32,000 bases of DNA from Candidatus Jordarchaeales archaeon (GCA_038889235.1 JAWAHN010000003.1:83703-115702), one strand, 5' to 3'; positions 10,001 through 16,953 are shown, numbered from the stretch's first letter. The notes: generated by a model not told the origin, from the sequence alone. Numbers and translations are program-made.

Positions 10001-10709
10001 AGTGGTAGCCGCCATAGTGGTATATGCCGACGAGCCTCCTGTCAGCGTACCTGTACTCTGAAAGGTATTCTTCGAGCGAGCCGTAAATCCTCCCAGTTGA
10101 GAAGTCTTGGATCGCCATGCTCGGCATGGTCACCGGAGGCGCTGGATCCTTCACCTTGACCCCACAGTACTCCTTCAGCAGGAGGAGGAACATGTTATAG
10201 TAGTTTTCCTCGGACGGGTGATCGTAGTACTTTAATGTTAGAGCGTAGTTCCTGGCGTGTCTCATCATTCCGAAGGGGAGTGCCTTTCCAAGCTTCTCGA
10301 ACCTCTCCTGCATCCTCCTGATCTGGGCGTAGTTAACTGTCCCCTTGAAGAACCTCCTTATGAAGGGCTTTTCCCTCATAGAGGAGAACCTTGAAAGAGA
10401 GAAGCTCCCCATACGGGTTAGGTTTATGAGCTCCCTTGACCCGCCGACGAGGCAAACAACGGTGTTTTTCGAGTCTCTTAGAGCCTGCACCGTAAGGGGG
10501 ACGGCTTTGTCTCCTCCTCTCAGATCGAGGAGCACCACGTCAGCCAACCGGAGTGCTTCAACGTACTCCTCGGCTTTCACAGCCCCGCTGTCGACGTCGT
10601 AGGACTTGAAGAACTCGAAGTCGAAGTTTCCAACCTCTTTCCTGACTCTCTCAGCGGCCGACACCAAGCTTGGGCGCAGCTGGTATCCAACCATAACGAT
10701 CCTGGCCAT
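7020..10709 (-). CDS. cobN: Class I chelatase large subunit, CobN/BchH(ChlH) family
   Basis: About 1230 aa with family motifs LPELDG, KVAIVLYDYPPG, WGPPPG, GNVFIGVQPSRG, HQYLAFY, HVGTHGTLEFLPGKEVGLS, KRRSYA, PGPGGDPVRSPEVYPTGRN, GILRDTF, DLDHYYEFLGG and TRLTNPKW. The ORF track starts at GTG 10718; ATG 10709 follows GGTG. Confidence 0.95.
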   Translation of the reverse strand: MARIVMVGYQLRPSLVSAAERVRKEVGNFDFEFFKSYDVDSGAVKAEEYVEALRLADVVLLDLRGGDKAVPLTVQALRDSKNTVVCLVGGSRELINLTRMGSFSLSRFSSMREKPFIRRFFKGTVNYAQIRRMQERFEKLGKALPFGMMRHARNYALTLKYYDHPSEENYYNMFLLLLKEYCGVKVKDPAPPVTMPSMAIQDFSTGRIYGSLEEYLSEYRYADRRLVGIYHYGGYHYDQTLPAAKMLAEKLEAKGLGVVPLFSSDLRYHLGLERFFFKDGKPVVECVVDLLWFRLAGGPIGGDHREALEVLRRLNVPLLHGILLSSRSVEEWLESRDGVPPVETVTTVILPELDGRCEPIPLVGPVKGKFKGVIVDEYVPVEDRVERIAGRAARWISLRTKPNSDKKVAIVLYDYPPGEENLGKASYLNTLESTVRLLKAMERKGFKVGAQLKSGEDLKRLLLESGAVNSGEWVLTPERAAKLPNVPLEDYVKWFSRLPEEARKIVLERWGPPPGDIMVYGGRLLVPGVLLGNVFIGVQPSRGVHEKAGKQYHGRDIPPHHQYLAFYYWLRNVFGADVVVHVGTHGTLEFLPGKEVGLSGKCFPDIMIADLPNVYVYDIVNSSEASIAKRRSYAVIVNHGAPPVSSSGLHGDFSKLERLILQYFDAAQFGGERAEEAKRKVLEEAGKYGFTGGVEEVYDALMEYKRSLIPRGLHVLGERMGEEEKLDYLTYVARYDRGKIRSLHRVLMEAKGLSYDEALEKPHLKVNGETYAELLEKVEGEVRSLIKRYVLEGEKSPAHVSGEIAYLKEVAERVDSSREIEAVLDALEGKFVEPGPGGDPVRSPEVYPTGRNTYQLDPTNIPSETAWERGSRIAEEYVANYYRKHGRWPRAVSVVLWAFETMKTGGETLAAVFRLLGVKPVWKSIYVRDIEVIPVEELGRPRIDVVVTICGILRDTFYNIVELLDQAFRRVASLDETEEQNFVKANLKTGPLYRIFGPPEGEYATSMTSMVESSSWRSEADLVRAYVDSMRYAYGDGYRSVEAEDEFRRLLSRVDVVTQVRDTVDYEITDLDHYYEFLGGLTKAVEEAKGEKPMVLVADTTREKVKVERAEEAVRRGVVTRLTNPKWLDSMLESGFTGAAKIADRVEYLLGIAATLGGVEDWMWNLAAQNIVLNDERREKMRKENPWAFMKTVSRLLEANKRGYWKADKETLRRLEDEYAATESMLEED

Positions 10710-10743
10710 GTCTGACACCTGCGGAACTTTACAACATCTTCGA

Positions 10744-10772
10744 TATTAAATTTTACTAGAAAAGTATTACCA
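10744..10772 (-). promoter_or_regulatory. cobN promoter: TGGTAATACTTT-N10-TTTAATA
   Basis: Plus strand TATTAAA at 10744-10750 and AAAGTATTACCA at 10761-10772, the same motif and spacing as at 5756-5784. Confidence 0.6.
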
Positions 10773-10840
10773 ACGTGTAGGATATCGGGGTGCCCGCTAG
10801 AGAAGCCCAGCCCTTTCGACTTAGCTCGCCACGTTCCAGG

Positions 10841-11266
10841 CTACTTTAGCAGCAAAACAGCCCCGTGAAACCTCGTCCCCCTGGTCTTAGCCTCCAGTTT
10901 TTCATCACACGTCAGGAGTTTCCCTCCAACCTTCTCAGCTAAAGCTAAGAAAAGCCCGTCGTAGACGGGGAGGGACAGCTCAAGTCCTATGTTTAGAGCA
11001 TCTTCGTAGAGCTCACGAGAATCCACTTTGATACACGCTTCACTTATAAACCGGACAGCCTCCCTCAGCAGTTTTTTAACCGTTTCAGCGTCGTCTCCGA
11101 AAAACCTTATCCTCTTCCACGCCACGTTCGCCACTTCTGCGACGGCTAGCTCCAACGTGTACAGCACCCCAAATTTGAACACCTCTTTTTCCGCCATCTC
11201 GGAGCACGGGTCGCTGAAGAACAGGGCAGCTATAACGCTGGAGTCGAGAACAGCGACGTCAATCAC
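10841..11266 (-). CDS. vapC: PIN-domain toxin (VapC family)
   Basis: VLDSSVIAALFF...ELAVAEVANVAW...YDGLFLALAE...LLTCDEKL contains the PIN acidic residues. Its start overlaps the stop of the upstream small gene. Confidence 0.9.
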   Translation of the reverse strand: MIDVAVLDSSVIAALFFSDPCSEMAEKEVFKFGVLYTLELAVAEVANVAWKRIRFFGDDAETVKKLLREAVRFISEACIKVDSRELYEDALNIGLELSLPVYDGLFLALAEKVGGKLLTCDEKLEAKTRGTRFHGAVLLLK

Positions 11267-11487
11267 CGGGACCTATCCTCCCTTATCAACTCAGCTGAGC
11301 CAACTCTCTTGGTCCTATCTCTGAGCGGTTTCACTCCTTCAACCAGTAATCTCGCCTTCTCGGCTCTAACCCTACACTCTATGAACGATCTAACCTCTTC
11401 CTGCCAGTTTACGGGAAGCTTCTTCATGTCCTCCTTAAGCTTCTTCGGAATTCTAACACTAAAAGTTTCGGAGCCCAAAAACGACAC
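11263..11487 (-). CDS. vapB: Ribbon-helix-helix type antitoxin (VapB)
   Basis: 74 aa, ETFSVRIPKKLKEDM...VNWQEEVRSFIE, ending LIREDRSR. It sits directly upstream of and overlaps the PIN gene. Confidence 0.82.
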   Translation of the reverse strand: MSFLGSETFSVRIPKKLKEDMKKLPVNWQEEVRSFIECRVRAEKARLLVEGVKPLRDRTKRVGSAELIREDRSR

Positions 11488-11520
11488 CGCAAAACAAGTA
11501 TGTAAACAAAAATATAAACT

Positions 11521-11946
11521 TTATTCGAACACCTGACTAATTAATTTGCTGACGATTTTGTAAACATACTCGGCTTTTCGAACGGCGTCCTCAGCATCCT
11601 CCCGGTAGTAAAGTTCATCGGGTGGCACCCCGGTCTCTTCGTCGCCATACATAGAGGGTTCCCTCTCTCTACGAAGAATCCTAGAGTACCTCGAGAGGAC
11701 TCCTATCTCCGCCTGGAACCACTCTGGAAACCTGGAAGACTCCCTTCTCAGTACAGGGCCAACGTCATGCCACTTCGGCGGCTCAACGCCGACAAACCTT
11801 AACGCCGCTTTCAAGAGGAGCTCCACAGCCTCCTGGCACTGCCTCACAACGTACGGGTAGTTCCCCCTTTCAAGTGTCTCTTTCGCGTGGTGTATCCTCT
11901 CCTCCGCCTGCCTGAGGTACGACTTAGCCATCGAAGTGTTCTTCAT
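11521..11946 (-). CDS. HEPN-domain protein (MNT-HEPN toxin-antitoxin pair)
   Basis: AKSYLRQAEERI...CQEAVELLLKAAL...EPPKWHDVG...EDAEDAVRKAE. ATG 11946 overlaps the MNT stop as ATGA; the ORF track extends to 11997. Confidence 0.88.
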   Translation of the reverse strand: MKNTSMAKSYLRQAEERIHHAKETLERGNYPYVVRQCQEAVELLLKAALRFVGVEPPKWHDVGPVLRRESSRFPEWFQAEIGVLSRYSRILRREREPSMYGDEETGVPPDELYYREDAEDAVRKAEYVYKIVSKLISQVFE

Positions 11947-12431
11947 ATCTCTATCACGTCCCCGAACTTGTAATCCTTTTTGAGCCTCCAATACCAAGCT
12001 TTCCCGAGCCTAACCCTCTCAGCTCCAAGCTCCTGCAACCTCTCTCTCAACCTCCTTAGAATCCCATCGAAAAACCCATCCCTGTCAAAGAGTACGACCG
12101 CATCTTCAACCATGTCTAAATATAAGGGAGAAAAAACGCGTGCCTCCTCCGGCGTCTTAATAATGGGAGAAAACTCCACGTGGTAACCCATTTCCTCAAG
12201 CTCATCCAACTTCTCACCAAGTTTTTCCTCAACCTCCATAAATAACTCCTGCCTTCTAAAAGCACTCTTAGGCGCCCCCCTGAGAACTATAAGCAGGTCC
12301 ACGTCACTATCCTTCCTAGCCTCCCCTCTCGCAACAGAGCCGTAAACAACAACAGACACGAGGTCCTCCCCAAATTTTTCAAGCAGCCTCTCAACAAGCG
12401 ACGAAAGCAACTTTTCATAAGGCCACCTCAA
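11943..12431 (-). CDS. Minimal nucleotidyltransferase (MNT), partner of HEPN
   Basis: VVVYGSVARGEARKDSDVDLLIV is the Pol-beta GS-x-DxD motif. Likely start is TTG 12431 after GGAGG; the ORF track starts at 12482. Confidence 0.9.
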   Translation of the reverse strand: MRWPYEKLLSSLVERLLEKFGEDLVSVVVYGSVARGEARKDSDVDLLIVLRGAPKSAFRRQELFMEVEEKLGEKLDELEEMGYHVEFSPIIKTPEEARVFSPLYLDMVEDAVVLFDRDGFFDGILRRLRERLQELGAERVRLGKAWYWRLKKDYKFGDVIEI

Positions 12432-12751
12432 CCTCCACGCACACAACCCCGCCCCCCAAATTTCTCCGATACCACTCTCCACACCACATCACCCTAAACC
12501 ACTCACCAACAAATGAAAAGCAAGAATTTAAATTAAATCTTTTTAAATTCCTCAACAATTAAACCAAGAAAGCTCCTTCTAACGTCTCCATCTAAAACCT
12601 CTTTTTTACGTCAAACCAAAAACAAGTAATCAGAAACAAAACATTGGAAGCAAAAGTCCCACAATGGGGGTTGAAAAGTGTTGAATCACTCAAAACAATG
12701 TTGCAAAGCGCGTACTCAGGCCGTGCCCCACTATTGTTACGTTACGCTCAT

Positions 12752-13393
12752 TCATCCCGCACTAAGCTTAAAGGTACTTCCCAGAAGCCTGATCGTTGAA
12801 TCCACTTTCTTCCTCAACTCTATCCTGGCTGCCCTTATAGCCTCTCTGACGGATAACTTGTGTTTCGAAACCTCCGCCGCGATGCAGTTAGCCAACTCAC
12901 TCTCAACAACCTCCTTTCCACTAGAGTAGTTTATCACCATACTGATGAACTTGTCTCTCATAACTCCCTAAAGTGGAAGACTAGGAACCCATCGGTAATC
13001 TCTCGGCAAACCTTTCGATGCCTTGCACGCTACGATAACCGAGCACAACCTCCCCCCTTTTTTGCAAATCCTATCCGTTTGCTTTCCATTAATGTAAACA
13101 GGGAGGCTCAGGACCCCTTCGGGTCGTCTATCTTATCGATCTCGCCTACCAATAAGAACCTTTTCCCCTTCTCAAAAGTTTCCTCGTCCCAGCATTACTA
13201 ATCGTCCCACTTTGCAAGCCCAGCGCCCAGAGTCCTCTTAACCCAATCAAGAAAACGACTTAGCTATCCTAGGCAGGCCAACGAGCAACACGTTGAACGG
13301 CTCACCGGGCAACACTCCTCTTCACGAACGCCTTCAAGCTGTCGAGCCCCCTTCTACCACGTCAAACAAGCCCTCTGGCACGTTGCCTTCCAA
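12752..13393 (-). pseudogene. Decayed small AAA+ ATPase (MCM/MoxR-like clade) with multiple frameshifts and stops
   Basis: Stitched minus-strand fragments read PEGLFDVVEG / LDSLKAFVKRSV / EPFNVLLVGLPRIAKSF (Walker A remnant, ~13300-13255) / RFLLVGEIDKIDDPKGS*ASLFTLMESKRIGFAKKG (Walker B region, ~13160-13055) / VIVAC / FLVFHFRE / RDKFISMVINY...LSVREAIRAAR (lid; ORF 12752..12961). It may extend further 5'. Confidence 0.68.
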
Positions 13394-13737
13394 ACGGCAC
13401 GCTATAGAATAGGTGAACGTCTCGATAGCGCCAGCCCCTGCCGACGAGACCCCAATACTTACACCCGTGACTAAGAACTATTAACTTGAAGGGGGGCTTC
13501 GTGGCGGTTTCTACTTGTTCTTTGAAGGTCTATTGACGACTTAAACAGCCGCCACATACCCCCTAGTTAGTAACGCCTTGTTTGAAATAAGTGATAATAT
13601 ACTATGAATCGGAAGTTGCTGTTGCTCTGGGTTAAAGCGTAGTCGGTGGGTTGCATGGAGTGAGTCGTGGGGAGTGTTCGTGTAGTTGACTGGGAAACTG
13701 GTTGCTCCGCGCCGGATCCAAGGATGTTGTATGGCTT

Positions 13738-14847
13738 TTATGGGTAAGCTTTTGAGCCTATGAATTCTTCCAGAATCTTCGCGGCGGTGGGGCTTTCGGT
13801 TATAACTTCTAGTTCCTGGTAACCGTAGCCTCTCGAGTAAAGTATGTACCTCACCAGAGACTCCCTCGTCTCCTGGTGTTTAATGTACGTCTCAGTAGCT
13901 TTTCCCAGTTTAAACCTTCCAAGCCTAATGTCCTTTACTCCTCCAACTGAGAGGATTCTCCTCAATAGCTTTCTCGCACCCTCGTCCGGTATATCTCTTA
14001 GTGGGAGAATTTTCGCGGCCTTAACTTTCCAAAGGTTACCATGTTCCCCAGCTTTGACGGCATCCCTGCCCAGAATGAGTGCAATCTTCTTAACATCACC
14101 CGAGCTGAAAGCCCTGTAAACAAGCCATCCTGCCGGCGAGAGCATACAGAGGTCTCTCTCCACCCGCTCCAGTAGCGCCCAGAAGTACTTTAAGTCTTCT
14201 CCAAACCTATTCTTGACCTCATCGTACGGCCTAGGCGATTCAATGAGCCACTTTATGTCGTCCAAGTGTTTGATCCAGACGTCAGGGTTAAAGAAGAGCG
14301 GAATTGCAGGGAGGGAGACTATCTCGTTAAACCGCTCATGAATATAGTATACGTCCACCCCGTATAGGAGCGCTGCAATGGTCGCGTAAGCCGTCTCAGC
14401 CTTAAACCCCCCAGTAGCAGCAAGCACAACACCTCCCTCCAGCCTTCGCCCCTCCTCGAATACTTCAACAAGCATGTTTATGAGACTGTTAAGACCGGTC
14501 GTGGAGAACTTTCGCTCGTCATACTTAAGCCCCTTCACCTCTTTGACGCTCACATTGTAACCCCTATCCTCGTAAAACCTCTTTAAAGCTTCAGCGCACA
14601 CCTTCCCCTCAACGGTCTCGGAGTGAAGGAGGACTAGGGTGTCTCCATACTCAAGGATCCTCTCAAGCGTGTTTGTCTCCGCACAAGCCCTGTGAAGCCA
14701 CTGCTCATCTTTCTCGCCCTTAAGGTAGCCAACCAATGCGTCAACAGTACTTTTTTCGTTGCTCAACAACACCTCCTGCCGGACGCCGACATCCCTACAG
14801 TAGTTCGAGAGGAGAGAGGCGCCAACAGTAACCACCACGCGCCTCAA
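13738..14847 (-). CDS. APE2256-family (CARF7) CRISPR-ancillary protein: CARF, then wHTH, then DUF2103-like C-terminal domain
   Basis: N-terminal VVTVGASLLSN, LLHSETVEGKVCAEAL and LAATGGFKAE...YYIHERF are APE2256/CARF7 hallmarks. The wHTH-like segment ends in LSPAGWLVY. The C-terminal ~105 aa resemble DUF2103 by eye. The CARF call is firm; the C-terminal call is tentative. Confidence 0.85.
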   Translation of the reverse strand: MRRVVVTVGASLLSNYCRDVGVRQEVLLSNEKSTVDALVGYLKGEKDEQWLHRACAETNTLERILEYGDTLVLLHSETVEGKVCAEALKRFYEDRGYNVSVKEVKGLKYDERKFSTTGLNSLINMLVEVFEEGRRLEGGVVLAATGGFKAETAYATIAALLYGVDVYYIHERFNEIVSLPAIPLFFNPDVWIKHLDDIKWLIESPRPYDEVKNRFGEDLKYFWALLERVERDLCMLSPAGWLVYRAFSSGDVKKIALILGRDAVKAGEHGNLWKVKAAKILPLRDIPDEGARKLLRRILSVGGVKDIRLGRFKLGKATETYIKHQETRESLVRYILYSRGYGYQELEVITESPTAAKILEEFIGSKAYP

Positions 14848-15338
14848 CTAAACCACCCAGAAAAATAATTGGAGAAAAATTTACCTTAAAAATTTTTTCA
14901 AAAAAAGCGCGCAAAAACTAGCCGTGAGAGGCGCAAAACTCCTGTAAAAACCCCCACGGCCAAACTACCACACAGCTAGCCTGAAACCCCTCAGCTCACA
15001 ATCCAGACATCCACCAGCCAGACCCAAGTAATGGCCAGGCAAACTGGGACTTAACCCACCCCTCCAAAATGTGCCCCAGAAGAGAGGAAAAGTGTTCAAA
15101 GTTTTACAACGAGTAGGAAAGCGTTTTCAAGACATATAACATTCAACGAAAAACAGCCACCCTTCCACACAAATCGATCATACCGTGAGCGAAGAAAACC
15201 AGCAAAAGCGAACACATGCACGACGTCACAATTCCCACAAACTCAAAAAGCAAGCAGCCCTAAAACTTGCGAGCAGTTTAAATAGGGCGCCTGGTAGGAA
15301 AAACACGAAAAACACTTAAAAAAGAGGAAAGTTAGAAA

Positions 15339-16139
15339 ATGACCCAAATAACCCCAGAACTCTACGAGTTCATAGTCAAAGTTGTAGAGGACAGAGTCAG
15401 AGAAATAAAGGTCACGCGCGAAGAATTCGACAAACTAACAAACTCAGTGAACAAACTTGCCGAGGCCCAGCGCAGAACAGAGGAGAGGCTGGAGCAGCTT
15501 GCCGCCAGAGTTGACCAGCTTGCCGAGGCCCAGCGCAGAACAGAGGAGAGGCTGGAGCAGCTTGCCGCCAGAGTTGACCAGCTTGCCGAGGCCCAGCGCA
15601 GAACAGAGGAGAGGCTGGAGCAGCTTGCCGCCAGAGTTGACCAGCTTGCCGAGGCCCAGCGCAGAACAGAGGAGAGGCTGGAGCAGCTTGCCAGTACCGT
15701 GCGCGAGACTAGGGATGCTTTGTCTAATTTGGCTACACAGGTTGGCCGTTTGAGCGAGGTTGTTGGTTTTGGCTTGGAGGATGTTGCCCGCATTATGGTC
15801 GCTGGGTGGCTTGACGCCTATGAGGGTATTCTTGTTGGGGAGTTCGAGAGGGGATTCTTTGTTGTTGATGGAAAGGAGGTTGAGTTTGATCTTTTTGCTC
15901 GCGGGCGAAACAGTATGGGGGAGGACTTGTTTGTTGTTGGGGAGTGCAAGTCTAGGATTTACGAGAGGGATGTGAGGGCTTTCGTTGAAAGGGTTGAAGC
16001 CGTGAAAAAGAAGTATCCGGAAGTAAAGGTGTACGCTTTCATGTTTGGCTACGTCATCCACCCGAGCGGGGACAAGGTTGCTGAGAAGCACGGGGTTAAG
16101 TTACTTGCTCCATACCGTATACCTGTGAAACAAAAATGA
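15339..16139 (+). CDS. Coiled-coil repeat protein with C-terminal PD-(D/E)XK endonuclease-like domain (archaeal DUF3782/DUF1626-like)
   Basis: 21-aa heptad repeats LAEAQRRTEERLEQLAARVDQ, followed by EVEFDLFARG...VVGECKSRI (D...ExK motif). Confidence 0.8.
   Translation: MTQITPELYEFIVKVVEDRVREIKVTREEFDKLTNSVNKLAEAQRRTEERLEQLAARVDQLAEAQRRTEERLEQLAARVDQLAEAQRRTEERLEQLAARVDQLAEAQRRTEERLEQLASTVRETRDALSNLATQVGRLSEVVGFGLEDVARIMVAGWLDAYEGILVGEFERGFFVVDGKEVEFDLFARGRNSMGEDLFVVGECKSRIYERDVRAFVERVEAVKKKYPEVKVYAFMFGYVIHPSGDKVAEKHGVKLLAPYRIPVKQK
15456..15692 (+). repeat. Perfect 63-bp in-frame tandem repeat, about 3.8 copies
   Basis: The unit CTTGCCGAGGCCCAGCGCAGAACAGAGGAGAGGCTGGAGCAGCTTGCCGCCAGAGTTGACCAG starts at 15456, 15519, 15582 and 15645 (last copy partial, to 15692). 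Confidence 0.95.
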
Positions 16140-16359
16140 GCGCTACTGCCGCGTCCACTCAGCTTTAAACTTCTTCTTGCTTAAATGCTCTAGTGGGCTT
16201 TCGAGTTGGACTCTGAAGGCTTAACCTAATTACTGTGAGGAGTCCCCGCTTGGGCTCCAGCGTGATGCGATTGCAAGAGAAGTTTTTCTTTTTAGCTGGA
16301 AGGCGCCCAAGTTTTTAGGAATATTTTTAGCTTGTGCGCGTTCAGGACTTTTCTGGTGT

Positions 16360-16953
16360 TTGAAGATGGACTTGGTTAGTGAAGCTAGGGAGCTCGCCCG
16401 GAGCATACTCGGTGACTCCTTCTCCCACGGTTACCCTCACGTGGAGAGGGTTATGAGGTATGCTGAAGTCATCGCGTCGAACGTTGGAAAGGTTGACCGA
16501 ACTCTTTTGAGTGTGGCGGTTTACCTTCACGACGTTGGCAGACCACTCGGCGAGCCTCACGCCTACTACTCATCGCTGGTGGCTAAGGGCTTCCTCAGGG
16601 GCAAGGGGTGTGGTGAGGAGTTTGTGAAACTCGTTGTCAACGCTGTGGAGTATCACAGCTACAGCTACGCTCGAACAAGGCACGTTGAGCCTCTGAGTGT
16701 TGAGGCGAAGATACTGAGTGACGCCGACAAACTTGACGCGCTCGGCGTCACAGGGTTCCTGAGGGCTTTCGAGCACAGTTACAAGTTTGGGAGGCGACTG
16801 GAGGAAACGCTCGCCCACTTCGACGAGAAGCTCTTCAAACTAAAGGAATTAATGCACTTTGACGTCTCAAGGAAGCTTGCAGGGAAACTCGACGACAGGC
16901 TTAAGGTGCTGGTTGCATGGCTTAACGAAGAGCTTTTCCAAGACACGCTCTAA
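16360..16953 (+). CDS. HD-domain metal-dependent phosphohydrolase
   Basis: SHGYPHVERV...YLHDVGR...EPHA...YHS...ILSDADKLDALG. Confidence 0.9.
   Translation: MKMDLVSEARELARSILGDSFSHGYPHVERVMRYAEVIASNVGKVDRTLLSVAVYLHDVGRPLGEPHAYYSSLVAKGFLRGKGCGEEFVKLVVNAVEYHSYSYARTRHVEPLSVEAKILSDADKLDALGVTGFLRAFEHSYKFGRRLEETLAHFDEKLFKLKELMHFDVSRKLAGKLDDRLKVLVAWLNEELFQDTL

Noticed and set aside
3806-10709. Mg-chelatase implying (bacterio)chlorophyll synthesis
   Set aside because: No bch/chl pathway or photosystem gene is in the window, and CobN/ChlD homologs are common in non-phototrophic archaea.
12752-12961. 69-aa ORF as a stand-alone gene (for example a Cas11/Csa5 small subunit)
   Set aside because: It reads as the C-terminal lid fragment of the decayed AAA+ ATPase.
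13738-14055. Calling the CARF protein Cami1 (RelE fusion) or Csm6/Csx1
   Set aside because: There is no HEPN R-x4-6-H motif, and the C-terminal pattern does not resemble RelE to my eye. This needs HHpred to settle.
14848-15338. Long intergenic region upstream of the CARF gene as a CRISPR leader, degenerate array or gene
   Set aside because: I found no repeated 24-40 bp unit and no recognisable protein fragments on either strand by eye.
15456-15692. Repeat block near a CARF gene as a possible CRISPR array
   Set aside because: The units are contiguous 63-mers with no unique spacers and are in frame within a coding sequence.
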